Assembly: GCF_000025945.1 (NCBI RefSeq)
Contig: NC_006138.1
Coordinates: 300,001-332,000 of the forward strand
Direction: 5' to 3'
Length of the DNA: 32,000 nucleotides
Origin: Desulfotalea psychrophila LSv54
GTDB taxonomy: Bacteria > Desulfobacterota > Desulfobulbia > Desulfobulbales > Desulfocapsaceae
Shown here: in pieces, positions 17,776 through 26,896 of the stretch
Layout: the number at the start of each line of letters is the position of its first letter
How positions within the stretch are numbered: position 1 is the stretch's first letter
Translations under genes and position numbers: made by a program
Notes under the pieces: generated by a model
What the model was told of the DNA's origin: nothing
The model's input: the letters and a program-made list of their open reading frames with translations, nothing else
Databases searched by the model: none

Positions 17776-18702
17776 ATGAAACTGATCTTTAACAGTAAAT
17801 ATACACCCGTTATTGCCATTTTTGTTGCCATGATTATCTGGGCAAGCTCCTTTATCGCCCTAAAGATAGCCTTTCGTAGCTACCATCCCATGGTGGTTAT
17901 CTTTGGTAGGATGCTCATCGCTACCCTCTGCTTCATGGTCTTTTATAAGTATGTCTTCAAGGGATTCAAATACCATAAGGGTGACTATAAGCCTCTCCTC
18001 TTTATGGCCTTTTGTGAGCCCTGCCTCTACTTTATTTTCGAGGCTATTGCCCTTAAGAACACCTCCGCCTCACAGGCCGGAGTTATCACCGCCACCGCCC
18101 CTATCTTTATTCTGGCAGCAGCCTCTCTCTTCTTAAAAGAAAAATACAACCTGCAATCGTGGCTCGGTGCCCTTGCAGCCCTTGCAGGTGTCTGCTGGAT
18201 AACCCTTGCCTCGGCAACAAGTGAGAGTGCTCCCAACCCCATATTTGGTAACTTCTGTGAAGTTTTAGCCATGGCCTGTGCCACCGGCTATACGGTCTGC
18301 CTTAAATCCCTGACCAAGAGATACTCCCCCCTGTTCCTTACCTCAACCCAAGCACTTATGGGGACATTCTTTTATCTTCCCATGCTCTTTCTCCCCTTTG
18401 TAGAAATGCCCACCGAGTATGTAGCACTGCCCTCATTTGCCATCATCTATCTCGGGGCAGTGGTGAGCCTCATCGCCTACGGGCTTTACAACTATGCACT
18501 TGCGCATATGCCGGCTGCCCAGGGCGCCTCCTATATCAACCTTATTCCCATCTTTTCCGTGGCCATGGCTTGGCTCTTTCTTGGCGAAACCCTTAACCTC
18601 AGCCAGGGCTTTGCCGCAGCACTCATTATTGCCAGCGTATGGGTCAGCCAAAAGGGCATGGCAAAAGCCCATGACGAAAAGCACTCTCTGAAAAATAAAT
18701 AG
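17776..18702 (+). CDS. DMT-superfamily (EamA-like) transporter
   Basis: 308 aa with ~10 predicted TM helices in two EamA-like halves. An AAGAGG Shine-Dalgarno lies 6 nt upstream of the ATG. Confidence 0.85.
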   Translation: MKLIFNSKYTPVIAIFVAMIIWASSFIALKIAFRSYHPMVVIFGRMLIATLCFMVFYKYVFKGFKYHKGDYKPLLFMAFCEPCLYFIFEAIALKNTSASQAGVITATAPIFILAAASLFLKEKYNLQSWLGALAALAGVCWITLASATSESAPNPIFGNFCEVLAMACATGYTVCLKSLTKRYSPLFLTSTQALMGTFFYLPMLFLPFVEMPTEYVALPSFAIIYLGAVVSLIAYGLYNYALAHMPAAQGASYINLIPIFSVAMAWLFLGETLNLSQGFAAALIIASVWVSQKGMAKAHDEKHSLKNK

Positions 18703-18718
18703 TCCCCAGACTCCTAAA

Positions 18719-19477
18719 ATGAACATACTCCTTCTCACCCTGACCATACTTCTCTGCTCGGGGCAGGCATCTGCCCACAACACCAAGATCTCCTCCTTTG
18801 CAACGGCCAAGAGGACCCTGCTCCAGAAGGTCTACTACGATCACCGTCAGACCATCTACTGCGGGGCAACCTTTTCCCGCGACAAAAATGTTCAGCCCCC
18901 CCTGGGCTTTCACACCCTGAAACACAAAAAGAGAGCTGGCAGAATTGAGTGGGAACACGTTGTTCCCGCCGAGAACTTTGGCAAGAGCTTCAGTGAATGG
19001 CGAGAGGGAAGTGCGGTCTGCAGGGACAGCAAGGGACGTAGCTTTAAGGGACGAAGATGCGCCCAAAAGGCCAATAGAACATATAGGTATATGCAGGCAG
19101 ATATGTATAACCTCTACCCTGCCATTGGTGCGGTGAACGCAATGCGGAGCAACTACAACTTCACCATGCTGGCCGGGAAGGGTACAAGCTCCTTTGGTAG
19201 CTGCCAGATGATTATAGCAAAGAGAAAAGCTCAACCGCCCGAAGAGGCACGGGGAAGAATTGCACGAACCTATAAGTATATGGAGTGGGCCTACCCACAG
19301 TACTCCATGAGCCGGCAACAACAAAAGTTAAGCAGAGCCTGGGACAGGCAATATCCCGTCTCCAACTGGGAGTGCACCAGAGCAGAGCGCATAGAGAAGA
19401 TTCAGGGTAACAGAAACCCCTTTGTCGCCAAGGCCTGCCAGAAGCTCTATGCCACCAGCGAGGCATTAAGGAAGTAA
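18719..19477 (+). CDS. endA: Periplasmic/extracellular endonuclease I (EndA/Vvn family)
   Basis: 252 aa with a signal peptide (..LLCSGQASA/H). It matches E. coli EndA blocks as recalled: SF..AK, YCG, R.EWEHVVPA..FG, DM.NL.P..G.VN..R.N, ARG.IARTY.YM, YPV..WEC.R.ERI.K.QGN.NPFV. It starts 16 nt after the DMT gene. Confidence 0.9.
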   Translation: MNILLLTLTILLCSGQASAHNTKISSFATAKRTLLQKVYYDHRQTIYCGATFSRDKNVQPPLGFHTLKHKKRAGRIEWEHVVPAENFGKSFSEWREGSAVCRDSKGRSFKGRRCAQKANRTYRYMQADMYNLYPAIGAVNAMRSNYNFTMLAGKGTSSFGSCQMIIAKRKAQPPEEARGRIARTYKYMEWAYPQYSMSRQQQKLSRAWDRQYPVSNWECTRAERIEKIQGNRNPFVAKACQKLYATSEALRK

Positions 19478-19565
19478 GAGCTGTATCAAAAACTGGCCGA
19501 AGAATAACAAGCACTGGAGCAGCAAGACCCTTTTCAGTACCACTTTTTTTCGGGGAAATTATCCT

Positions 19566-19599
19566 ACTCCAGATAGATCAAAAGCAATCTATCTGGAGT
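19566..19599. terminator. Strong hairpin between convergent endA and the MCP gene (possible shared terminator)
   Basis: 13-bp perfect stem ACTCCAGATAGAT (19566-19578) / ATCTATCTGGAGT (19587-19599) with an 8-nt loop. There is no clear U-tract on either strand. Confidence 0.45.
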
Positions 19600-19625
19600 G
19601 TATATAAAAAATAGTTACCTCAACC

Positions 19626-21767
19626 TCAGCCAACTTTGAATTGACTTACCAGGCCAGTCAGCTCTTTTGCCAATTTCGAGAGTTCAATAGCATTTTCATT
19701 AACATTTTGACTGATATTATTCATTTCATTTGACTCATTGCTGATTTCAGTAATATCACGATTAACATCCCGAACAGCAACCGAACTTTGGCTTACATTA
19801 TCATTCACTTCTTTTATCCCAGTAGATGCCTGAGCCACATTTTCAGAAATCTCAGAGGTCGCTGCCGATTGCTGTTCAACGGCGGTTGCAATTGTTGTAA
19901 TAACGTCATTAATCTGTTCAATAACATCAGATATATTTTTGATATCTGCAATGGTATCGTCGGTGGTGCCCTGCATCTCATCAATTTGGTTTTTGATGTC
20001 CACTGTGGCCCCTGCTGTCTGCTTGGCAAGTTCCTTTATTTCATTGGCAACAACCGCAAAACCTTTGCCAGCTTCACCCGCCCTGGCTGCCTCGATAGTT
20101 GCGTTGAGAGCAAGAAGATTTGTCTGTTCTGAAATTTCTGTAATTGTCTCTGTTACTCGACCAATTTTATCCGCAGCTTTACCGAGTACAATTATTTTAC
20201 TTGAGATTTTTTGTGATTGTTCTACTGCATTTTCAGAGATTGTTTTGGCCTGCGCTGCGTTGAGTGCTATCTCGTTGACTGTTGCTGACATCTCTTCAGC
20301 TGCGGTAGCAACCATACCAACATTAGTTGAAGATTGTTCCATGGCAGCGGAGACTGAACTCATGTTTGCCCCTAACTCTTCCGATGCAGATGCAACGGCA
20401 TTAGCATGTTGAGAGGTGCTATCCGAGGTCTGTGAAAGATCAGTCGATACGCTGGAAAGCTTGGCTGAGGAATCGGTAAGAACATTAGTACCTACCTGAA
20501 CTTGCTGGAGCATGCGGCCAAGATCTTCGGCAATTTTATCAAGAGACTTTGAAAGGGCCCCTACCTCGTCTTTTGTTTTAACCTTGAGCCGTTGGGTCAT
20601 ATCCCCTTGAGCAACAGCGTTGGCTAATTCCACAGCTCGGTTTATAGGCCTGGTGATTGCTCCGGTAATTATTGCTGAGGCGACAAGTGAAATGACTATG
20701 ATTATCATGGTGCCTAGAATAATCATAATTTTAGCATTTACTGCTGTATCAGAGGCATTCTGGCGGCGAACTTCCATAAGTGACAGCTCAATGTCTATAA
20801 AAGTTGCGATTTGGCTGCGGAATTTATCAAAATAAACCTTTCCACGAGCCTCACCGACAATCTTAGCCATATCATTCATGGTTTGTGCATCACCTATCAC
20901 CCTGCGAAGCGCTATAGCAGGTTCCGTCACATTATTTTTCCAACCATTAATATTCTCTTGAATTTCGCTCAACAGCCTTACCTGAACGGGATTGTCGCTC
21001 ACGGTTCCCTTAAGACTTGTCAGTCTTTCATTAAAGGATTGAGTCCCATTTTTATACGGATCCAGAAATTCTTCTTTACCCGCAAGAAGATAACCGCGCA
21101 TTCCTGTTTCCATATTTACAGCCGCAGCTTCTATATTCATTGCTTCTTTGATAACGATTTGAGTATGATTAACCCATTTTGCAGAATCGTTACCCTTGCC
21201 GTAAGAATTTGTTGCTTGAAATTTCTTTTCTCGCTTTGCAAGAAGTGTTTCTTCACGTTCAATAAAGGTGGCAATTTGAGCACGGAATTTGTCAAAATAG
21301 ACTTTTCCACGGGACTCACTGACCAGATCAGCCATGTCATCCATGTTTTTCGAATTACCAATTTCACGGCGGAGCTGGATAGTGGGTTCTGTGACTTTTT
21401 TTACCCACTCACCTATATTTTGCTCAACTTCAGTGAGTCGTGTCACTTGGGCTGGGTTGTCACTGACTAATTCTGTCAGATCACCAACCTCATTTTTGAA
21501 AGTTTTGTATCCATTCGTATAAGGACTCAAGAAATCTTCCTTGCCAGAAAGAAGATATCCCCTCATTCCTGTTTCCATATCCACCGCAGCGGCAAGAATA
21601 TCCATGGCGTGTTCAACTACTTCATGACTATGATTGACGCTCTCTCCGGTTTTTAGTAAATTATCAGCCGTGCTATACGTGATAAGACCTAAAACAACCA
21701 CCAAAACCAAAGAAATTGCATTCCCCAAAAACATCTTACTTTTCAATTTTAAATCACTAAACTTCAT
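19626..21767 (-). CDS. Methyl-accepting chemotaxis protein with duplicated CHASE3-like periplasmic sensor, HAMP and MA signalling domain
   Basis: TM1 ([19 protein letters not shown]), two repeats of a ~133-aa module, TM2, HAMP ([21 protein letters not shown]) and the highly conserved MCP hairpin ([35 protein letters not shown]). I prefer the ATG at 21767 (MKFSDLKL) because a strong AAGGAGAA Shine-Dalgarno precedes it. The track start at 21830 has none. Confidence 0.9.
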   Translation of the reverse strand: MKFSDLKLKSKMFLGNAISLVLVVVLGLITYSTADNLLKTGESVNHSHEVVEHAMDILAAAVDMETGMRGYLLSGKEDFLSPYTNGYKTFKNEVGDLTELVSDNPAQVTRLTEVEQNIGEWVKKVTEPTIQLRREIGNSKNMDDMADLVSESRGKVYFDKFRAQIATFIEREETLLAKREKKFQATNSYGKGNDSAKWVNHTQIVIKEAMNIEAAAVNMETGMRGYLLAGKEEFLDPYKNGTQSFNERLTSLKGTVSDNPVQVRLLSEIQENINGWKNNVTEPAIALRRVIGDAQTMNDMAKIVGEARGKVYFDKFRSQIATFIDIELSLMEVRRQNASDTAVNAKIMIILGTMIIIVISLVASAIITGAITRPINRAVELANAVAQGDMTQRLKVKTKDEVGALSKSLDKIAEDLGRMLQQVQVGTNVLTDSSAKLSSVSTDLSQTSDSTSQHANAVASASEELGANMSSVSAAMEQSSTNVGMVATAAEEMSATVNEIALNAAQAKTISENAVEQSQKISSKIIVLGKAADKIGRVTETITEISEQTNLLALNATIEAARAGEAGKGFAVVANEIKELAKQTAGATVDIKNQIDEMQGTTDDTIADIKNISDVIEQINDVITTIATAVEQQSAATSEISENVAQASTGIKEVNDNVSQSSVAVRDVNRDITEISNESNEMNNISQNVNENAIELSKLAKELTGLVSQFKVG

Positions 21768-21869
21768 TGCCTTCTCCTTAAGATATCCATTAAAGCCGTT
21801 TACCAGCCCTCTAAAATCGGGGCCGACCATACTATTTTCCTAAGATAAAATCTTGCTTTTTAATGATAT

Positions 21870-22016
21870 TTTTTTTCCAGTATATCGAGACATACGGCAA
21901 CCGGAGAAGAAGGCCTTCAGCTAATGGCTACAAAAATCCTGCAGAATTCGAAGAGCAGTTTGATTTGTTGCAAACAATTAGCTTAACCAATACAGCACAG
22001 AAATGGGGCAAGGTCA
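21870..22016 (+). mobile_element. Relic of an IS3-family element: last ~25 codons of the transposase plus a probable right terminal inverted repeat
   Basis: FQYIETYGNRRRRPSANGYKNPAEFEEQF resembles the IS3-family OrfB C-terminus (F.YIE.FYNR.RRHS.LGY.SP.EFE). The reverse complement of 21987-22016 reads TGACCTTGCCCCATTTCTGTGCTGTATTGG, which is IS3-like (TGA...GCCCC...) ending in ..CA at 22016. No upstream transposase body is present. Confidence 0.5.
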
Positions 22017-22156
22017 TTTTCAAGGCACATTTCAGGCGAATCAAAAAGCCATTTAAGATAATTACCTGTCTGATTAAAAGGTTAGGTAGTTGCGAGGGAT
22101 ATGGCATGAATGCAGAGGGTATTTTGTGTTGGGAAGAGCACAATACAAACACAGCA

Positions 22157-23017
22157 TTAAAAAAAATTTGTCTTTTCCACCAAAGCCAAAAAGGATTTCA
22201 TGGCATTGGTTAAAGCGGTATCCTTGTGGTAGATAAAACTGGTGTTGATATATGAAATTTCCTTAGGAAGATTTTGGACTTTAAAATGAGCGTACTGCGG
22301 CCTTTCTGCTACTGCTCGTGGAAGTATTGTTAACCCCATGCCAGCTTCTACACATCCAAGAATCGTATCCAAGGCACCAAATTCCATAATCTTATATTGC
22401 CTAATACCGTAATATGAAAGCCAGTGTTTTAAATGAGCCCTATATGCACAACCTTCCCTGAAGACGAGCAAAGTGATGTTCTTACTCTCCTCAATAGAGG
22501 AGAAAGGCTTTTTGTTAAACAATACCAGCTCTTCTTCAATGACTTTGTACTGCATAATATCAGGATGGTTGACTTTACCTCCCACAAAGGCACAATCAAC
22601 TTTATGCTCCAGTACTTTTAGAATAATTTCTTCTGAGGTTCCTGTAAGAAGCGAGAGGTTAACATTTGCATTCTCCTTGTGAAATTTACTCAAAATAATC
22701 GGCAAGTAAATAGCTGCAGCTGTCTCCATACTTCCTACGATTAATTCTCCTCCCAGATCCAATGATTCATTAACAGCTTTAGATGCTTGCCGAACCAGGT
22801 AGAGGATTTTTTCAGCATATTCCTTTAACACTCTCCCTTCGGAGGTAAGAGACATTCCACGGCTTTTTCTAATAAAGAGAGCCACCCCCAACTCTTCCTC
22901 CAACTGTCTGATTCGAGCCGTCACATTCGATTGGACATAGTTGAGTTGTTTTGCTGCACCAGATACGCTTCCAGTCTCCACTACCGACAGAAAAATTCGT
23001 AATGAACTTGTTTCCAT
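22157..23017 (-). CDS. LysR-family transcriptional regulator
   Basis: 286 aa with an N-terminal wHTH (LRIFLSVVETGSVSGAAKQLNYVQSNVTARIRQLEEELGV.LF.R) and a C-terminal substrate-binding domain. It is divergent from the ABM gene. Confidence 0.9.
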   Translation of the reverse strand: METSSLRIFLSVVETGSVSGAAKQLNYVQSNVTARIRQLEEELGVALFIRKSRGMSLTSEGRVLKEYAEKILYLVRQASKAVNESLDLGGELIVGSMETAAAIYLPIILSKFHKENANVNLSLLTGTSEEIILKVLEHKVDCAFVGGKVNHPDIMQYKVIEEELVLFNKKPFSSIEESKNITLLVFREGCAYRAHLKHWLSYYGIRQYKIMEFGALDTILGCVEAGMGLTILPRAVAERPQYAHFKVQNLPKEISYINTSFIYHKDTALTNAMKSFLALVEKTNFF

Positions 23018-23060
23018 TCTCTTTCCAGTTTCTTTTCATTTTATTGTCAAACCAGACGGT

Positions 23061-23085
23061 ATCACATTTTATGATATCTGATATC
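23061..23085. promoter_or_regulatory. Candidate LysR-type operator (T-N11-A dyad) plus adjacent TGATATC direct repeat
   Basis: ATCACATTTTATGAT (23061-23075) is an ATCA-N7-TGAT dyad that fits T-N11-A. TGATATC TGATATC follows at 23072-23085. It sits 44 nt upstream of the LysR ATG in the divergent intergenic region. Confidence 0.35.
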
Positions 23086-23374
23086 AAAACCATTCTCTAG
23101 TGATGATAGCATGACTTGTGTAATATAGAAACATTAACACTTATCAGGTAAATGAAAGACAGAGAGGGGATGAACTACTTTTCTCCAACTGTAGAAGAGT
23201 TGCTCACCACCGGCCTCGCTAGCATCAGAACTACAAAAGCCAGGCAGGTAAGGCTCCAGACGGTAAGCTATGCGGCTTGCATCTGGATACAGGAAAGAGA
23301 AAAAGAAAAATGCTGGAATAAGAAAGCAAAACCGTCTGTTTTTTGAAGAGACAAACAACAACTAAGGATAGAAG

Positions 23375-23719
23375 ATGATTGCAGTGATATTTGAAGTTTA
23401 CCCAACAGAAACCGGAAAGAAAAAGTATCTTGAATTAGCCACATCACTTAAAGAAGAACTCCCAAAATTTAAAGGGCTACTGTCCATGGAGAGATTCCAG
23501 AGTCTTATTGAAGAGAAGAAAATTCTCTCTCTCTCCTTATGGGAAGATGAAATGGCCGTAGAGGAGTGGAGAACTTATATGGCTCATAGATTGGATCAAC
23601 AAAGAGGGAAAAACGAACTTTTTTCAAAATACCGAATACGGGTTTGTTCCGTTGTACGTGATTACAGCGAAAGTGAAAGAAAACAGGCACCCTTAGATTC
23701 CAATGATTTTCATTCCTAA
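23375..23719 (+). CDS. Antibiotic-biosynthesis-monooxygenase (ABM) domain protein
   Basis: 114 aa with a ferredoxin-like ABM pattern (IAVIFEV.P......YLELA..L...L....G.LS.ERF.S......ILSLS.WEDE.AV..WR). An AAGGAT Shine-Dalgarno is present. Confidence 0.75.
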   Translation: MIAVIFEVYPTETGKKKYLELATSLKEELPKFKGLLSMERFQSLIEEKKILSLSLWEDEMAVEEWRTYMAHRLDQQRGKNELFSKYRIRVCSVVRDYSESERKQAPLDSNDFHS

Positions 23720-23758
23720 GGCAAAGAGAGGAGCCTGACAACAACAAAAACAGATGGA

Positions 23759-23778
23759 TTGAGCCCTGTAAGGCTCAA
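23759..23778 (-). terminator. Weak hairpin downstream of lipA (and of the convergent ABM gene)
   Basis: 7-bp stem TTGAGCC / GGCTCAA with a 6-nt loop. On the minus strand a T5 run follows ~8 nt later. Confidence 0.3.
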
Positions 23779-23801
23779 GCCACCATTTCAGTAACATTCA
23801 A

Positions 23802-24701
23802 CTATTTTCGGGCCAGCTCGGCCTTACGAAAAAGTTTCTCCGCCTCATAGGAGCTACGGACAAAGGGGCCGGAAGCCACAGCCAGAAAATCTTTTGCCAG
23901 AGCCACATCGCCCAGACGATCAAACTCTGTCGGCTCAACAAAACGTTGCACCAGCAGATGATCCACCGTGGGTTGCAGGTACTGGCCCATGGTAAGGATA
24001 TCACAGTCGGACTCACGCAGGTCCTGCCAGGTGGCATAGAGCTCTTCTGTCTCTTCACCAAGGCCCAACATCATACCCGTCTTAGTCACCATCTGAGGGG
24101 CACGACGACGTACCTCCCGCAGGAGTTCCAGAGAACGTCTATACTCAGCACCAGGACGGGCTACGGAGTAGAGTCGGGGCACTGTTTCAATATTGTGGTT
24201 AAGGACATCGGGACGAGCATCGAGAATAGTCTGCAGGGCCCCCCAATTACCGGCAAGATCGGGAATCAGCACCTCAATCAAGGTCTTGGGGTTTTTCTTG
24301 CGGATGGCCTCTATGACCCTGACAAAACAGGATGCTCCACCATCGGCCAGATCATCCCGGGTCACCGAGGTGATAACGGCATAGCGCAGGCCCAAGAGAG
24401 AGACCGCATCCGCCACCCGCTCTGCCTCATCCTCATCGGGCAGGGCCTTGGGTCCATGGGCCACGGCACAAAAACGGCAGTTACGGGTACAGTGATCGCC
24501 CATAATCATAAATGTTGCCGTTCCCTTGGAGTAACATTCAAATTGATTGGGGCACTGCGCCTCCTGACATACGGTGGTCAAACCACTGCCCTTGAGCAAT
24601 GTTCTGATTTTTTCGTATTCAGGACCGGTAGGCAGACTGCGACGAAGCCATTTTGGTTTACCAACGCGCATCTGCTCATTCTTCTGATGGGAACAAGCCA
24701 T
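23802..24701 (-). CDS. lipA: Lipoyl synthase
   Basis: 299 aa with the two LipA Cys clusters (CQEAQCPN...C and radical-SAM CTRNCRFC) and a C-terminal RSSY motif. Confidence 0.95.
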   Translation of the reverse strand: MACSHQKNEQMRVGKPKWLRRSLPTGPEYEKIRTLLKGSGLTTVCQEAQCPNQFECYSKGTATFMIMGDHCTRNCRFCAVAHGPKALPDEDEAERVADAVSLLGLRYAVITSVTRDDLADGGASCFVRVIEAIRKKNPKTLIEVLIPDLAGNWGALQTILDARPDVLNHNIETVPRLYSVARPGAEYRRSLELLREVRRRAPQMVTKTGMMLGLGEETEELYATWQDLRESDCDILTMGQYLQPTVDHLLVQRFVEPTEFDRLGDVALAKDFLAVASGPFVRSSYEAEKLFRKAELARK

Positions 24702-24718
24702 GAGATATCCTTAGGTTT

Positions 24719-25390
24719 TTATTTTACACTATGCAAAGAGTCTACCACGGTAAACTCTCCAAAAAGATCTGCCACAATGGACAGGAGCCGTTTTTTCACT
24801 TCGGCAGGGTCAAAATCAGTTCCAGCCTCCCGGGCAAGACTGGTTGCCGTCACCCCGGTAAGACCACAGGGATTAATCCAGGAGAAGGGCTCAAGATCGG
24901 TGTTGAGGTTGAAGGCAAAGCCATGAAATGAGACACCATGGCGGATGGCAATACCAATACTTCCTATCTTAGAGCGACCGTCTTCGGTCCAAACCCCGGC
25001 ATTTCTAGTATTACGCACCACCCTAACCCCAAAGTCGGCTGCCAGGCGAATCATGGTCTCCTCCAACAGGCCAACGTATTCGGTCACCCGCATTTTACGC
25101 TTCCGCAGATGAAGAATGGGATAGAGAACCAACTGTCCCGGTCCATGGTAGGTAATCTCTCCACCACGCTCGATGGAGACAACATCTATCCCCTTTTGGG
25201 CTAACATCTCTTTAGATATATGGAGATGTTGCTCTCCTCCACGCTTGCCCAGAGTATAGACGGGGGGGTGTTCGGTAAGCAGAAAACAGTCACGATCAAG
25301 GTCACCACTGCACCGTCTTGCCACCACTGCCTGCTGAGTAGCATAGCAGGCTATGTAGGAGGTGGCGCCAAGATCTACAAGAAAAGACAT
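24719..25390 (-). CDS. lipB: Octanoyltransferase (lipoyl(octanoyl) transferase)
   Basis: 223 aa with LipB blocks (EHPPVYTLG, RGGE.TYHGPGQLV.YP, K..S.G......VSFHGFA.N...DL.PF..I.PCG). Confidence 0.9.
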   Translation of the reverse strand: MSFLVDLGATSYIACYATQQAVVARRCSGDLDRDCFLLTEHPPVYTLGKRGGEQHLHISKEMLAQKGIDVVSIERGGEITYHGPGQLVLYPILHLRKRKMRVTEYVGLLEETMIRLAADFGVRVVRNTRNAGVWTEDGRSKIGSIGIAIRHGVSFHGFAFNLNTDLEPFSWINPCGLTGVTATSLAREAGTDFDPAEVKKRLLSIVADLFGEFTVVDSLHSVK

Positions 25391-25406
25391 AGATAATTCC
25401 TAGCTA

Positions 25407-25431
25407 GGGGCGGATAGTGAATATCCGCCCC
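25407..25431 (-). other. GC-rich intercistronic hairpin between gcvPB and lipB
   Basis: 9-bp perfect stem GGGGCGGAT / ATCCGCCCC with a 7-nt loop and no U-tract. It occupies half of the 49-nt gap. Confidence 0.4.
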
Positions 25432-25439
25432 GAGAAAAA

Positions 25440-26894
25440 CTAGCCACGCAGGCATGGCTTTCTGGCTGCCAGGGTCTCATCAAGACGGCCCACCTTGGTA
25501 TTTACAGGGGCACTATGGAGAAGATCTGCATCATCTATAGCCTCCTGAGCCACCTGCTTCATTGCCCCAATAAAGAGGTCAATATCTGCCTTGCACTCTG
25601 TCTCCGTTGGCTCAATCATAATCGCGCCGTGGACAATGAGTGGAAAGTAGATCGTGGGTGGATGATAACCGTAGTCAATCAGACGCTTGGCCATATCAAG
25701 GGTGGTAACCCCATACTCAACCTGATTGGCATCGGAGAAGACACATTCATGCAGGGTCTCGGTCTCGTAACCAAGATGAAAGGTATCTCGCAGTTCAGCC
25801 TTGATATAATTAGCATTAAGTACCGCAAGCTGACTGGCCAAACGGAGACCATTACCGCCCATACTCCGAATATAGCTATGGGTGCGCACCAAAACACCAT
25901 AGTTACCGTAGAAGGCGTGGACCCGACCGAGGGATTGGGGACGATCGAAGTCAAGCTTATAGCTCTCGCCATCTTTGATCACCATTGGACGGGGCAGGAA
26001 GGGAAGAAGCCTGTTAACCGCACAAACAGCGCCTGCACCCGGGCCACCACCACCATGAGGGGTAGAGAAGGTCTTATGCAAATTGAGATGCATGATATCA
26101 ACTCCGCATCTCTTATAGTCTATCATTCCCATGGAGGCATTCATATTGGCGCCATCACCGTAAACCAGGCCACCCTTGGCATGGACAATATCGGCAATCT
26201 TACGAATATCACGCTCAAAGATACCCAGGGTATTGGGAATGGTCAGCATGATGCCGGCCGTATCCTCATCCATGAGCCTTTCAACCTCTGCCGCATCCAA
26301 TACACCTGTATCATTACTCTTAAGAGAGACAGGCTTGAATCCACAAAGAGATGCACTGGCAGGATTGGTACCATGAGCAGTATCAGGAATAAGAATCTTG
26401 CTTCTCTTCTCGCCATTGCTCTTGTGAAAGCAGGCAAAGGCCAACATACCGGTAAACTCTCCCTGAGCACCCGCTGCCGGTTGCAGGGTGGTTGCGTCCA
26501 TACCTGTTATGCGGGCAAGCTCCTCCTGTAAATCATACTGGAGCTGGAGCAAACCCTGACAATCCTCAGCTTCAAGCATTGGGTGAGCCGAGGTAATCTC
26601 AGGCATGGCGGCAAAACGCTCATTGATCTTGGGATTATACTTCATGGTACAGGAACCAAGAGGATACATGCCGGTATCAACGCCAAAGTTCCACTGGGAG
26701 AGACGGGTATAGTGACGAACGACATCCACCTCACTCAAATCGGGAAAGTCCGGTCCAGCACCGAGCAGAGACGGATCAAGCTCAGCTGCCGGAACATCAT
26801 TTTCAGGCATTGAAAATGCCATTCGTCCCTTACTTCCCTTTTCCCACAACAGGGGTTCATCAAGAATTAGCCCCGTATTTCCAGATGCATTCAT
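25440..26894 (-). CDS. gcvPB: Glycine dehydrogenase (decarboxylating) subunit 2 (P-protein C-terminal half)
   Basis: 484 aa with the PLP-lysine region (NLHKTFS.PHGGGGPG) and the characteristic N-terminus (FE......LP....D). It starts 2 nt after the gcvPA stop. Confidence 0.95.
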   Translation of the reverse strand: MNASGNTGLILDEPLLWEKGSKGRMAFSMPENDVPAAELDPSLLGAGPDFPDLSEVDVVRHYTRLSQWNFGVDTGMYPLGSCTMKYNPKINERFAAMPEITSAHPMLEAEDCQGLLQLQYDLQEELARITGMDATTLQPAAGAQGEFTGMLAFACFHKSNGEKRSKILIPDTAHGTNPASASLCGFKPVSLKSNDTGVLDAAEVERLMDEDTAGIMLTIPNTLGIFERDIRKIADIVHAKGGLVYGDGANMNASMGMIDYKRCGVDIMHLNLHKTFSTPHGGGGPGAGAVCAVNRLLPFLPRPMVIKDGESYKLDFDRPQSLGRVHAFYGNYGVLVRTHSYIRSMGGNGLRLASQLAVLNANYIKAELRDTFHLGYETETLHECVFSDANQVEYGVTTLDMAKRLIDYGYHPPTIYFPLIVHGAIMIEPTETECKADIDLFIGAMKQVAQEAIDDADLLHSAPVNTKVGRLDETLAARKPCLRG

Positions 26895-26896
26895 GA

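Noticed and set aside
21863-22213. 116-aa ORF as an intact gene.
   Set aside because: Only the first ~30 codons have any recognisable similarity (IS3 transposase C-terminus). The rest reads through the putative terminal inverted repeat and non-coding DNA. I treat it as a relic, not a gene.
23152-23346. 64-aa ORF (and antisense 23134..23361) in the LysR/ABM spacer as a small protein gene.
   Set aside because: No properly spaced Shine-Dalgarno, no recognisable motif, and two mutually antisense ORFs of similar length argue for chance. I treat the region as regulatory leader instead.
23946-24926. 326-aa plus-strand ORF. Similar long ORFs lie at 25515..26531, 26915..27511, 14642..15271, 16052..16546, 18644..19324, 20811..21470, 9824..10327, 857..1459 and 28931..29353.
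   Set aside because: Each lies antisense to, or out of frame within, a gene with unmistakable homology (lipA/lipB, gcvPB, gcvPA, sucD, transporter, endA, MCP, mfd, hemY, gcvT). Their translations are low-complexity (Arg/Ser/Pro/Gly-rich) with no recognisable motifs, which is typical of shadow ORFs.
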